Below are positions 21,884 to 29,938 of a DNA stretch of 64,000 bases, piece by piece. This DNA is from Lentimicrobiaceae bacterium (lineage in GTDB: Bacteria > Bacteroidota > Bacteroidia > Bacteroidales > JAAYJT01), in contig JBBIIP010000004.1 in assembly GCA_037446395.1 (NCBI GenBank), positions 17,625-81,624 on the forward strand, in the 5' to 3' direction. Position 1 is the first letter of the stretch. Every line of letters starts with the position of its first letter. Under the pieces are notes generated by a model. That model saw only the letters and a program-made list of their open reading frames with translations, was not told the DNA's origin and searched no databases. The position numbers and the translations under genes were made by a program.

Positions 21884-21955
21884 AGCCAATGACGAGATTT
21901 GAACTCGTGACCCCTTCCTTACCAAGGAAGTGCTCTACCCCTGAGCTACATCGGC
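21884..21955 (-). tRNA. tRNA-Thr (anticodon GGT)
   Basis: 72-nt cloverleaf: GCCGATG-TA-GCTC-AGGGGTA-GAGC-A-CTTCC-TTGGTAA-GGAAG-GGGTC-ACGAG-TTCAAAT-CTCGT-CATTGGC-T. Confidence 0.95.
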
Positions 21956-22043
21956 TTAAAATCCTTGTTAATCAGGGGCGGATTTCCCAGGACCGTTTCC
22001 CTGTGTTAATTTTGGTGTACCATGAAATAAAGAACTTCTTTAA

Positions 22044-22066
22044 AACACTTATTTATTATAAGTGTT
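22044..22066 (-). other. Perfect 9-bp AT-rich hairpin in the 124-nt tRNA-Gly / tRNA-Thr spacer
   Basis: AACACTTAT-AATAA-ATAAGTGTT on the transcribed strand, 13 nt after the tRNA-Gly 3' end. It is followed by the near-palindrome AAAGAAGTTCTTT. Confidence 0.5.
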
Positions 22067-22079
22067 CAATATTTTTTTG

Positions 22080-22152
22080 AGCGGAAGACGGGGTTCGAAC
22101 CCGCTACCTAAAGCTTGGAAGGCTTTCGCTCTACCAAATGAGCTACTTCCGC
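22080..22152 (-). tRNA. tRNA-Gly (anticodon TCC)
   Basis: 73-nt cloverleaf: GCGGAAG-TA-GCTC-ATTTGGTA-GAGC-G-AAAGC-CTTCCAA-GCTTT-AGGTA-GCGGG-TTCGAAC-CCCGT-CTTCCGC-T. Confidence 0.95.
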
Positions 22153-22167
22153 TGACATAGAATAATG

Positions 22168-22249
22168 TGGGGAGAGGAGGATTCGAACCTCCGAAGGCTT
22201 AGCCAACAGATTTACAGTCTGCCCCATTTGACCGCTCTGGTATCTCCCC
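22168..22249 (-). tRNA. tRNA-Tyr (anticodon GTA), type II with a long variable arm
   Basis: 82 nt: GGGGAGA-TA-CCA…TGG-G-GCAGA-CTGTAAA-TCTGT-(long variable arm TGGCTAAGCCTTC)-GGAGG-TTCGAAT-CCTCC-TCTCCCC-A. Confidence 0.93.
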
Positions 22250-22284
22250 GCCTATATCTATTTTTCAATATGTTCAAAGAACTG

Positions 22285-22358
22285 AGCCGATAGAGGGATT
22301 CGAACCCCCGACCCGCTGATTACAAATCAGCTGCTCTGGCCAACTGAGCTACATCGGC
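22285..22358 (-). tRNA. tRNA-Thr (anticodon TGT)
   Basis: 74-nt cloverleaf: GCCGATG-TA-GCTC-AGTTGGCCA-GAGC-A-GCTGA-TTTGTAA-TCAGC-GGGTC-GGGGG-TTCGAAT-CCCTC-TATCGGC-T. Confidence 0.95.
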
Positions 22359-22376
22359 GGGATATTCTCAACACAT

Positions 22377-22406
22377 AAAAAAGCAGCCCTTTTTGAAAAG
22401 GACTGC
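22377..22406 (-). terminator. Rho-independent-type terminator downstream of hpf
   Basis: The reverse strand reads GCAGTCCTT-TTCAAA-AAGGGCTGC, a 9-bp stem with one G:U pair, followed by TTTTTTAT. It ends 18 nt before the tRNA-Thr(TGT) 5' end. Confidence 0.6.
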
Positions 22407-22413
22407 AAAAGTA
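22406..22413 (-). promoter_or_regulatory. Candidate -7 box TACTTTTG for the tRNA-tuf unit, abutting the hpf terminator stem
   Basis: The reverse strand reads GTTTATACTTTTGCAGTCC. It is an exact TAnnTTTG match whose final G is the first base of the terminator stem. Confidence 0.4.
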
Positions 22414-22459
22414 TAAACAATCCGGATAACTACCAAAATTCTTTTAAGTTTTTTTTATT

Positions 22460-22756
22460 TTAATGTCGGATTTTCTCTTTATGCTTTGTTAATTGCTTGC
22501 GAAGTGCTTCAACAGACAGATCAACTGCCTCTTCGAATGTTTTACTGTTCTTCTTGGCAAACAAGTCGTTGCCCCTAATCAACAGCTTAATCTCGGCAAC
22601 TTTATTTTCCTGCTTCTCGTTGTTTTCGAGCTTTAAGGTGATTTCTGATGCGACGATGTTTTCGTAGATCCCAAGTAATTTTTCTACTTTCTCCTGAATA
22701 AAGCTGTCGAGCTTTGAGTCGGATTTAAACTTCACTGATGTAATATTAATCTTCAT
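22460..22756 (-). CDS. hpf: Ribosome hibernation promoting factor / RaiA family (short form)
   Basis: 98 aa; MKINITSVKFKSDSKLDSFIQEKVEKL… and …TFEEAVDLSVEALRKQLTKHKEK are typical of the sigma-54 modulation / S30EA family. Confidence 0.9.
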   Translation of the reverse strand: MKINITSVKFKSDSKLDSFIQEKVEKLLGIYENIVASEITLKLENNEKQENKVAEIKLLIRGNDLFAKKNSKTFEEAVDLSVEALRKQLTKHKEKIRH

Positions 22757-22772
22757 GATATCCTCCGTGGTT

Positions 22773-23660
22773 TTAAGCTTTAGGATGAGCTTGTTGATAA
22801 ATCTTCTTTAAACGATCAATGGTATTGTGCGTGTAGATTTGTGTGGCTGCCAGGTTTGCGTGCCCGAGGAGATCCTTGATTGCATTCAGATCGGCTCCAT
22901 TATTCAACAACAAGGTAGCAAAAGTATGCCTGAGCACATGAGGGCTCTTTTTGGTTTTTGTGGTTACTTTTGATAAGTAACGGTTCACGATGCCATAAAT
23001 CAGACGCGGATAGGCTTTCTTGCCTTTGATGGTAGTTATGAGAAAATGTTGGCTTTGTTCTTGTTTGACCTCCTTTGATTTAAGTTGAATAAAAGCGGAA
23101 ATAATGGTGTTGAGATATGCTCCAAACGGTATGATACGTTGTTTGTTTCGTTTCCCTGTCACACGCAGCTGGTTTGTGTTTAAGTCAATATCTTTTTCTG
23201 AGAGTTCGATGAGTTCGCCTGCGCGCATCCCTGTTGAATAGAGAATTTCGAGTACCAGGCGATCGCGCATTCCTGAAAAATTCTCGGGAAATTCAATTTC
23301 TTTGAAAAGTCGGGACATCGCGTCTTTATCAATAAACTCCGGCAATTTCCTGGACATTTTTGGAGAAACCAGCTTGAGCATCGGGTTTTCCACGATGGCC
23401 TGTTGCCTCTGCAGGAACTTATAATAAGTTTTTAGGGTTGACAGTTTCCTGTTAATTGAGCGCGGACTGATTTTGTTTAAGAACAACAGTGCTATCCAGG
23501 AGCGGATGATGTGGTGATTGGCCATCGCGGGATCCGAGATGTCGTAATTTTGTGTAAGAAAGTCAGCAAATTGCTCCAGATCCTTTCGGTACGCTTTTGT
23601 GGTCAGCTGCGAATATTTCTTTTCAGTGATCAGGTGCTGAAAGAAAGTATCAAGGATCAT
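22773..23660 (-). CDS. Tyrosine site-specific recombinase, XerC/XerD family (housekeeping context)
   Basis: 295 aa. It has an N-terminal SAM-like domain and a catalytic domain with R…HVLRHTFATLLLNNGADLNAIKDLLGHANLAATQIYTH (R-H-R-H/W-Y pattern). It sits in the conserved rpsU / xer / hpf arrangement. Confidence 0.88.
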   Translation of the reverse strand: MILDTFFQHLITEKKYSQLTTKAYRKDLEQFADFLTQNYDISDPAMANHHIIRSWIALLFLNKISPRSINRKLSTLKTYYKFLQRQQAIVENPMLKLVSPKMSRKLPEFIDKDAMSRLFKEIEFPENFSGMRDRLVLEILYSTGMRAGELIELSEKDIDLNTNQLRVTGKRNKQRIIPFGAYLNTIISAFIQLKSKEVKQEQSQHFLITTIKGKKAYPRLIYGIVNRYLSKVTTKTKKSPHVLRHTFATLLLNNGADLNAIKDLLGHANLAATQIYTHNTIDRLKKIYQQAHPKA

Positions 23661-23792
23661 AGGCGAAAAATAAAAAACAAACCTGCTTAGGCCTTGCGGC
23701 TGTAATTTGAACGTCTAAAACTACAACCTTATTGCCAAAAAAGCAAATTTGTCTTTAAAATATTTTCCTTAACTGCCAAAAAAATGATTTTG

Positions 23793-23987
23793 TCAGATAT
23801 TGGCAGTATCCTGAAGTTGTTGTATATAAATTGCTTTGAGTCTTTCTTCGCGCTTTAATACTGAGGGCTTGGTAAATTTCTGCCGATCGCGAAGTTCTCT
23901 GACCACACCGGTTTTTTCGAATTTACGCTTGAGTTTTTTTAAGGCCTTGTCAATGCTTTCGCCTTCTTTTACGGGAACAATAATCAT
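23793..23987 (-). CDS. rpsU: 30S ribosomal protein S21
   Basis: 64 aa; MIIVPVKEGESIDKALKKLKRKFEKTGVVRELRDRQKFTKPS is the canonical S21 sequence. Confidence 0.98.
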   Translation of the reverse strand: MIIVPVKEGESIDKALKKLKRKFEKTGVVRELRDRQKFTKPSVLKREERLKAIYIQQLQDTANI

Positions 23988-24024
23988 ATTTTTAACCTTG
24001 CTATTAAGTATTTATTTTGGGCTG

Positions 24025-24032
24025 CAAAAGTA
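24025..24032 (-). promoter_or_regulatory. Candidate -7 box TACTTTTG for rpsU, with a second identical box at 24053..24060
   Basis: The reverse strand reads TTCTACTTTTGCAGCCC, 38 nt upstream of ATG 23987. An identical octamer lies 28 nt further upstream. Confidence 0.45.
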
Positions 24033-24344
24033 GAAATGTTTTTTGAAACCACCAAAAGTAATGAGAATATTTTTTCTTATTGCCCCAGGTCAATGTAAAC
24101 CCCTGTGGATTGTCGATTTAACAAGACTTCGGATATGAATTCTCTGCAACTACCAGGATTTCAAAATTTACGGTTGTCAGTTAATCGGAGCGGATCAAAG
24201 CGCCTAAAAATTTCAATTTCGCGATACCATGCAGGCAAATCATCCATGTAATTCAGGAGAGAACATAATATCTTTCGTTGCACCCTGGGTTCTTCTCCGC
24301 GCTAAAATCGTTTCTAGCAGTGGTGATGAAATTGGTTATTGGAT

Positions 24345-26528
24345 TTATAATTCTCTTAGAAGAAAGTCGGTCATTAAACCGAAAAGATGCAATCGTGTGT
24401 TTCCGCCCGAGATCCCATGATCACGGTTTGGATAAAGCATCATTTCGAATTGTTTGTTTTGCTTTATTAATGCATCAATCATTTCGATTGAATTTTCGAC
24501 ATGTACGTTGTCGTCGCCGGTACCGTGTGCGATGAGAAGTTTTCCTTTCAGGGCGGAGGCAAAACTGACAGGAGAGTTTTGATCATATCCCTCTTGATTT
24601 TCTTGTGGGGTTCGCATAAATCGCTCTGTATAAATGTTGTCATAGTATCTCCATGATGATACCGGAGCCACTGCAATCCCTGCCCTAAATACATCAGCGC
24701 CTTTTGTCATGCAAAGCAATGCCATATAGCCACCATAACTCCAACCATAAATCCCGATCCGGTTTTCATCAATATAAGGCAAGTTTGCAAGATACCTGGC
24801 AACTTCAATCTGGTCCTGAGTCTCATATTTTCCAAGTTGCAGATAAGTCATTTTCTTAAATTCCTCACCTCTGAACCCCGTTCCCCTGTTGTCCACCGAA
24901 ACTACAATAAACCCTTTTTGGGTAAGCAAATGAAACCAAAGCGCCGTAGTTCCCCCCCATCCGTTGCGCACGGTTTGCGATCCGGGGCCACCATAGACAT
25001 ACATGAGTACCGGATATTTTTTCTGCGGGTCGAAGTTGTGAGGCTTCATTATAGATGCGTTAAGCAAAACCCCTTCGGAAGTGGTGAGAGTAATAAATTC
25101 CGTTGAGCTAAAACCATATTCTCTCATGAGCGCAATCAACCTGGCATTGTCCTGAATCATTCGAACCTCTTCGCCCTTGTTGTTGTTGACTGTGATATAC
25201 GCGGGCCGATTTGCATTGCTATAAGAAAGCACATAATAATCAAAAGTCTTGCTGAATCGGGCGTTATTGGTACCAACCAGCCCCGAGAGCTTCTTTAGGT
25301 TGCTGCCATCCAAGCTGACGCTATATATTTCTCGTTGCAATGGTGATTCTTTGGCTGCCTGAAAATAAACCACCTGTCTTTTCAAATCAACACCATAAAG
25401 AGCTGTAATTTCCCAGGAACCTTTTGTGAGTTGCCTTATAAGTTTTCCACTCATATCATATAAATACAAGTGATTAAAACCATCAAGCTCACTTGTGATC
25501 AGGAAACGTTTGCCGTCGTAAAGAAAAGTCAGGTCATTGGTGATTTCGATATAATATTTGTTTCGTTCTTCATAGAGCAATTGATTGCTGCCGGTTTCAA
25601 CATTCGAGAGAATAATTTCAAGATTGTTTTGCAGGCGATTCAGGCGTTGAATTGCCAAAAGGTCAGGGTTTTTTGTCCACAGAAGGCGTGGAATATATTG
25701 GTCAGTTTCTGGCCCCACATCTATTTGAGTAATTCTGCCGGATTGCAGGTTGAAAACATGGACACTCACGATTGAGTTATCCTCGCCCGCCTTGGGGTAT
25801 TTATAACTGTGCTTGCCTGGGTAAAGTGTGCCATAGTTTGTCAGCGAAAACTCTTTAACATGGTTTTCGTCGAATCGCAAAAATGCTATTTTTGATCCGT
25901 CGGGTGACCAATAAAATCCTTTGGTGATACCGAATTCCTCTTCATAAACCCAATCCGTAGTGCCGTTAATGATTTTCCCATAAGATCCATCAAAAGTTAC
26001 CTGTTTCTCTAAATCAGACTCCAGGTATTTAACAAATAAATTATTATCCCTGACGAACGCCACCATCGAACCATCGGGAGACAAATCAGCGAGTCGTTGC
26101 TTTCCGTTTTTACTAACCGGATAACTGGTGCGCTTTTCCAAATCGTAGACAAAATAGTCGGAAGTGCTGCTGTATCGATAAATTGACTCGGTGTTGGCAG
26201 CAAAAAGAATTTTTGTTTCGTCCCTGCTTAAGCTATAACTATCAATTTGAGGTGGTTTTTCAATTTCGGCAGCATTTAGTTGTGATGAATGAAAGAGGGT
26301 GGCAACCTTATCGCCATTGTCATAGCGATATTTATTGATTGAATCGCGTTCAAGAATTGTGAAATGAATTCCATCGTTCATCGACTCATATCCACGCATT
26401 CCGCGGGCATTGAATTTTCCGGTTTTCCAAATGTCATCAAGTGTGATGGTGGTGATTTGGCTTTGAGAAAATACAAGATTAGAAATGACCGTGATTAAAA
26501 AAATTCCGATTGTAGTCCTGTAGTTCAT
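24345..26528 (-). CDS. Dipeptidyl-peptidase IV (S9B serine peptidase)
   Basis: 727 aa. It has a signal peptide, an N-terminal DPPIV beta-propeller region, and a catalytic triad context of GWSYGGYM (Ser), GTGDDNVH (Asp) and NRDHGI (His). Confidence 0.93.
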   Translation of the reverse strand: MNYRTTIGIFLITVISNLVFSQSQITTITLDDIWKTGKFNARGMRGYESMNDGIHFTILERDSINKYRYDNGDKVATLFHSSQLNAAEIEKPPQIDSYSLSRDETKILFAANTESIYRYSSTSDYFVYDLEKRTSYPVSKNGKQRLADLSPDGSMVAFVRDNNLFVKYLESDLEKQVTFDGSYGKIINGTTDWVYEEEFGITKGFYWSPDGSKIAFLRFDENHVKEFSLTNYGTLYPGKHSYKYPKAGEDNSIVSVHVFNLQSGRITQIDVGPETDQYIPRLLWTKNPDLLAIQRLNRLQNNLEIILSNVETGSNQLLYEERNKYYIEITNDLTFLYDGKRFLITSELDGFNHLYLYDMSGKLIRQLTKGSWEITALYGVDLKRQVVYFQAAKESPLQREIYSVSLDGSNLKKLSGLVGTNNARFSKTFDYYVLSYSNANRPAYITVNNNKGEEVRMIQDNARLIALMREYGFSSTEFITLTTSEGVLLNASIMKPHNFDPQKKYPVLMYVYGGPGSQTVRNGWGGTTALWFHLLTQKGFIVVSVDNRGTGFRGEEFKKMTYLQLGKYETQDQIEVARYLANLPYIDENRIGIYGWSYGGYMALLCMTKGADVFRAGIAVAPVSSWRYYDNIYTERFMRTPQENQEGYDQNSPVSFASALKGKLLIAHGTGDDNVHVENSIEMIDALIKQNKQFEMMLYPNRDHGISGGNTRLHLFGLMTDFLLREL

Positions 26529-26571
26529 TTTCTGTTTTTGATTAGATGAATGATATTTCCTAAAAAGCCTT

Positions 26572-26579
26572 CAAAATTA
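26572..26579 (-). promoter_or_regulatory. Candidate -7 box TAATTTTG for the DPP-IV gene
   Basis: The reverse strand reads TTTGTAATTTTGAAGG, 44 nt upstream of ATG 26528. Confidence 0.4.
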
Positions 26580-26694
26580 CAAAGATGAAAATATCTATGG
26601 GTTTTGGGACACTAATTTGCAGATTTATGATTTCACAGGAGTTTGTATTTAGAGGCTAATTTCATTAAAACAGGGTTTAGTATATTGATTTTAT

Positions 26695-26702
26695 TATTTT
26701 TG
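26695..26702 (+). promoter_or_regulatory. Candidate -7 box TATTTTTG for the tRNA-Val pair
   Basis: TTATTATTTTTGCAATTCTTTT lies immediately before the tRNA 5' end at 26714. Confidence 0.45.
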
Positions 26703-26713
26703 CAATTCTTTTT

Positions 26714-26788
26714 GAGATATTAGCTCAGTTGGTTTAGAGCGCTTGCTTGACAGGCAAGAGGTCACTGGTTCGAATCCAGTATATCTCA
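26714..26788 (+). tRNA. tRNA-Val (anticodon GAC)
   Basis: 75-nt cloverleaf: GAGATAT-TA-GCTC-AGTTGGTTTA-GAGC-G-CTTGC-TTGACAG-GCAAG-AGGTC-ACTGG-TTCGAAT-CCAGT-ATATCTC-A. Confidence 0.93.
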
Positions 26789-26805
26789 CGAGCCAACGAA
26801 AATCA

Positions 26806-26880
26806 GGGATATTAGCTCAGTTGGTTTAGAGCGGCGTCTTCACAGGGCGAAGGTCACTGGTTCGAATCCAGTATATCCCA
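26806..26880 (+). tRNA. tRNA-Val (anticodon CAC)
   Basis: 75 nt. It is identical to the upstream copy except for base pair 2:71 (a compensatory A:U to G:C change) and the anticodon arm (GCGTC-TTCACAG-GGCGA, with a G27:A43 mismatch). Confidence 0.88.
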
Positions 26881-27060
26881 CAATGCGCAAACAGCCACCC
26901 AGCCAGATAAAGTGGGTTGCGGTTTCCTTGTTATCAAGTTTTATTCAATACAACCAGTTTGCTCTGCATATATCGCGCTCCCGGTTCAATGTCCTGATGA
27001 AATCAAAATGCTCAATAAACATACAGGAAATCCGGTGGCAACAGGGCTGATATCGGTTTG

Positions 27061-28491
27061 CTACCGTTGTTTATTGAACAAACTCTCCATCTCTTCAAGG
27101 GTTTTGTTTTTGGTTTCCGGTACAAATTTCCATATGAAGAGCGCAGCCAGCAATCCCATGATTCCATAGATCCAGTATGAAAAGCCCTGGTTAAAAAGAT
27201 CGGTCAGGAAGCTGCTTCTATCCATCATCGGAAAAGTCCAACTAACCAGGAAGTTCGAAATCCATTGCGCAGCTACTGCTACAGCCATTGCCCGCCCACG
27301 GATCCGATTGGGGAAAATCTCGGAAAGCAGCACCCAGGTTACCGGGCCCCAACTCATTGCAAATGATGCGACATAACCCAACATGAAAATGAGTGTTGCT
27401 ACTCCAAGCTTCTGAAAAAAGAAAGAAAAACCCAATGCAAACATAAACACCGACATTCCTAGCGCGCCAATAATCTGCAAAGGTTTTCGGCCAAACTTGT
27501 CAACAGTGAGAATCGCAATTACGGTGAATGACAGATTTATCGCACCCACAATGATGGTCTGAAGAAGGGCGGTATTCGTTCCTGCTCCCATATTTTTGAA
27601 TATTTCAGGAGCATAATACAGTACCACATTAATTCCGACAACCTGTTGGAATACTGAAAGCAGAACACCTATCACAATGATGAGTACGCCATAAGAGAAT
27701 AATTTCCCGGATTTATGCATCACCGTGGATCTGATTTCCTCGAGTACCTCGATTGCTTTAGCAGTGCCGTTGATGCGGGTCAGGATGTTAAGTGCTTGCT
27801 GCGGCCTGTGTTGCATTACCAGGTAACGGGGGCTCTCGGGTACAAAAAACAGAAAGATTAAAAACAAGCTGGCAGGCAAAATCTCAGAAGCAAACATCCA
27901 ACGCCACCCCACAGAATTAAGCCATGTGCTATCTCCCTGCCTTGCAATTGAATAATTAACAAAGTACACGATTAACATTCCGAAAATAATTGCAAATTGG
28001 TTCCATGATACCAATTTTCCTCGGATATGCGGAGGAGCAACTTCTGCGATATACATCGGAGAAAGCATAGATGCAAGTCCAACCCCTATGCCTCCGATCA
28101 CACGATAAAAAATAAAATGGTTGATGAATGTATGGTCACCTTTTCCGATAGGAACAAAAAACATTTCGGGTAGGGCAGAGCCAACAGCGGAAAACAGAAA
28201 TAACATTGCCGCCAGCATCAGACCCTTTCGGCGCCCAAGTTTCTGGCTGATATAACCACCGATCAATCCACCAATAATGCAGCCAACGAGAGCACTCGAA
28301 ACAAGACGTCCGAGCATGGAGTTGGACGCAGTCTCACCCAAATTTAAGGGCTCCACAAAGAACTTATCGAGTGAGCCGATGGTGCCAGAAATTACAGCGG
28401 TATCGTAGCCAAACAGCAATCCCCCGAGCGTAGCTACAAGGGTTATGCCCAAGACATATATAAAACTCCCTTGATCTTTTTGCTTTATCAT
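27061..28491 (-). CDS. xylE: Sugar-porter-family MFS transporter, D-xylose:H+ symporter type (start trimmed from 28638 to ATG 28491)
   Basis: Motifs GYDTAVISG, GRRKGL, PESPRYL and PETKNKTLEEME, with 12 TM segments. The track start would overlap 80 nt of xylA in another frame and add a non-hydrophobic 49-aa extension. MIKQKDQGSFIYVLG… gives a typical 476 aa. Confidence 0.9.
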   Translation of the reverse strand: MIKQKDQGSFIYVLGITLVATLGGLLFGYDTAVISGTIGSLDKFFVEPLNLGETASNSMLGRLVSSALVGCIIGGLIGGYISQKLGRRKGLMLAAMLFLFSAVGSALPEMFFVPIGKGDHTFINHFIFYRVIGGIGVGLASMLSPMYIAEVAPPHIRGKLVSWNQFAIIFGMLIVYFVNYSIARQGDSTWLNSVGWRWMFASEILPASLFLIFLFFVPESPRYLVMQHRPQQALNILTRINGTAKAIEVLEEIRSTVMHKSGKLFSYGVLIIVIGVLLSVFQQVVGINVVLYYAPEIFKNMGAGTNTALLQTIIVGAINLSFTVIAILTVDKFGRKPLQIIGALGMSVFMFALGFSFFFQKLGVATLIFMLGYVASFAMSWGPVTWVLLSEIFPNRIRGRAMAVAVAAQWISNFLVSWTFPMMDRSSFLTDLFNQGFSYWIYGIMGLLAALFIWKFVPETKNKTLEEMESLFNKQR

Positions 28492-28538
28492 AAAATGTAT
28501 TTTAATGATGTCAGAAGATGGTTTTGGGGACTTATGGC

Positions 28539-28560
28539 GATAACTTTCGAAAAAGTTATC
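28539..28560 (-). other. Perfect 9-bp hairpin with a UUCG tetraloop overlapping the xylA stop codon
   Basis: The reverse strand reads (T)GATAACTTT-TTCG-AAAGTTATC. There is no U-tract after it, so it is an intercistronic xylA/xylE structure rather than a classical terminator. Confidence 0.6.
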
Positions 28561-29884
28561 AGATGTACGAATTAATGAGTTGTTCAAGAAGCTCTTGCTT
28601 TCCACTAATCTGCTTTGGTTCTCCGGCTTCCATGGCAATATTATAAAGATCGGCGAAGGTCAGTTTTCCAGCCTCAAATGCAACTCCGTTTGGTGTATTA
28701 AATGTGGAGTAGCGATCGACACGCCTTTTCAGGTAGTCTGATTCGTGTAGAATTTTATCTGCGATGAGCAGTGCGCGGGCAAAAACATCCATCCCATTGA
28801 TATGTGCGATAAAAATATCTTCTAGGTCGGTTGAATTGCGACGGGTCTTGGCATCGAAATTAATTCCTCCGTGAGTGAAACCACCAGCCTGCATAATTTC
28901 GAGCATGGCCTCAGTAATTTCATAGATATTGGTCGGAAATTCATCGGTGTCCCATCCATTCTGATAATCTCCTTTATTTGCATCAATGGAACCCAGTTTT
29001 CCGGCATCTGCCGCCATTCTTAGTTCATGGGCGAATGAATGACCTGCCAGGGTGGCATGATTTACTTCAACATTCAGTTTAAAGTCATCAATCAGGCCTT
29101 GTGTATTCAAAAATCCCAGTACAGTTTGAACATCGTAATCGTATTGATGCTTTGAAGGCTCCATTGGTTTGGGCTCAATAAAGAAAGTACCCTTAAAGCC
29201 TATGCTGCGGGCATAATCGCGGGCCATGCGAAGAAATTGCCCGATATGATCAAGTTCTTTGCGTGTGTTTGTATTATGAAGGCTCATGTATCCTTCGCGG
29301 CCACCCCAAAATACATATCCCGTTCCACCCAATTCGATTGTAGCATCAATTGCATTCTTTACCTGTACAGCCGCATTGGCAAGCACACTAAAATCCGGAT
29401 TTGAAGCAGCCCCGTTCATATAGCGTGGATTGCTAAATACATTTGCGGTTCCCCACAACAACCTGACCCCCGAAGCGGCTTGTTTTTCTTTTGCATAATC
29501 TATCATTTTTGCCAGCTTCTTTTCAATTTCAAAAACTGAGCCATCACCGGCAACGTCTGTATCATGAAAGCAATAGTATGGGGCGCCTATTTTTGTGATA
29601 AACTCGAATGCTGCATCCATCCTCGCCATGTTGGCTTCCATCTCGTTTTTTGATTTATCCCAGGGAAAAATTTTTGTGCCAGGGCCGAAAGGATCGGCTC
29701 CGGTTCCGCAGAGCGTGTGCCAATAGGCTATTGCAAAACGCAGGTGTTCCTTCATGCTTTTTCCGCTAACCTTTGCATCCTCCTGATACCATTTAAATGC
29801 CATCGGATTTTTTGACTGGGGGCCTTCGTAAGGAATTTTTCCTATTCCTTTAAAATACTCTTGTTTTCCTATTAAGACTGTCAT
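28559..29884 (-). CDS. xylA: Xylose isomerase
   Basis: 441 aa. It has YYCFHDTD, VFWGGREGY, FFIEPKPMEP and the metal-binding NHATLAGH motifs of class II XylA. Confidence 0.98.
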   Translation of the reverse strand: MTVLIGKQEYFKGIGKIPYEGPQSKNPMAFKWYQEDAKVSGKSMKEHLRFAIAYWHTLCGTGADPFGPGTKIFPWDKSKNEMEANMARMDAAFEFITKIGAPYYCFHDTDVAGDGSVFEIEKKLAKMIDYAKEKQAASGVRLLWGTANVFSNPRYMNGAASNPDFSVLANAAVQVKNAIDATIELGGTGYVFWGGREGYMSLHNTNTRKELDHIGQFLRMARDYARSIGFKGTFFIEPKPMEPSKHQYDYDVQTVLGFLNTQGLIDDFKLNVEVNHATLAGHSFAHELRMAADAGKLGSIDANKGDYQNGWDTDEFPTNIYEITEAMLEIMQAGGFTHGGINFDAKTRRNSTDLEDIFIAHINGMDVFARALLIADKILHESDYLKRRVDRYSTFNTPNGVAFEAGKLTFADLYNIAMEAGEPKQISGKQELLEQLINSYI

Positions 29885-29938
29885 GGTTTAATTATTAAAT
29901 GATGAGTACTTGATTTAATGATCTTTTGTGATGGCTTA

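Noticed and set aside
22773-23660. Tyrosine recombinase next to a tRNA cluster, considered as a possible integrase of a mobile element
   Set aside because: It sits in the conserved housekeeping rpsU / xer / hpf arrangement and its length and motifs are Xer-like. There are no flanking direct repeats of a tRNA 3' end and no cargo genes.
23727-23742. Sigma-54 promoter for the Xer gene (TGGCAA-N5-TTGTA)
   Set aside because: The conserved -12 GC is GT, and the upstream repeat copy lacks a -12 element. No enhancer-binding protein is nearby, and a housekeeping recombinase is an unlikely RpoN target. It is kept only as an unexplained direct repeat.
24161-24247. 28-aa ORF (MDDLPAWYREIEIFRRFDPLRLTDNRKF) in the 357-bp DPP-IV / rpsU spacer, considered as a possible gene relic or micro-protein
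   Set aside because: It is too short to evaluate, has no adjacent promoter box or recognisable family, and neighbouring frames carry stops. It is most simply chance.
26889-26925. Imperfect hairpin (AAACAGCCACCC…GGGTTGCGGTTT) after the second tRNA-Val, considered as a terminator
   Set aside because: The 12-bp stem has two mismatches, the loop is 13 nt and there is no clear U-tract. It is too weak to call.
28492-28638. 49-codon N-terminal extension of xylE that overlaps xylA
   Set aside because: The extension is non-hydrophobic and overlaps 80 nt of xylA coding sequence. The internal Met at 28491 gives a canonical sugar-porter N-terminus.
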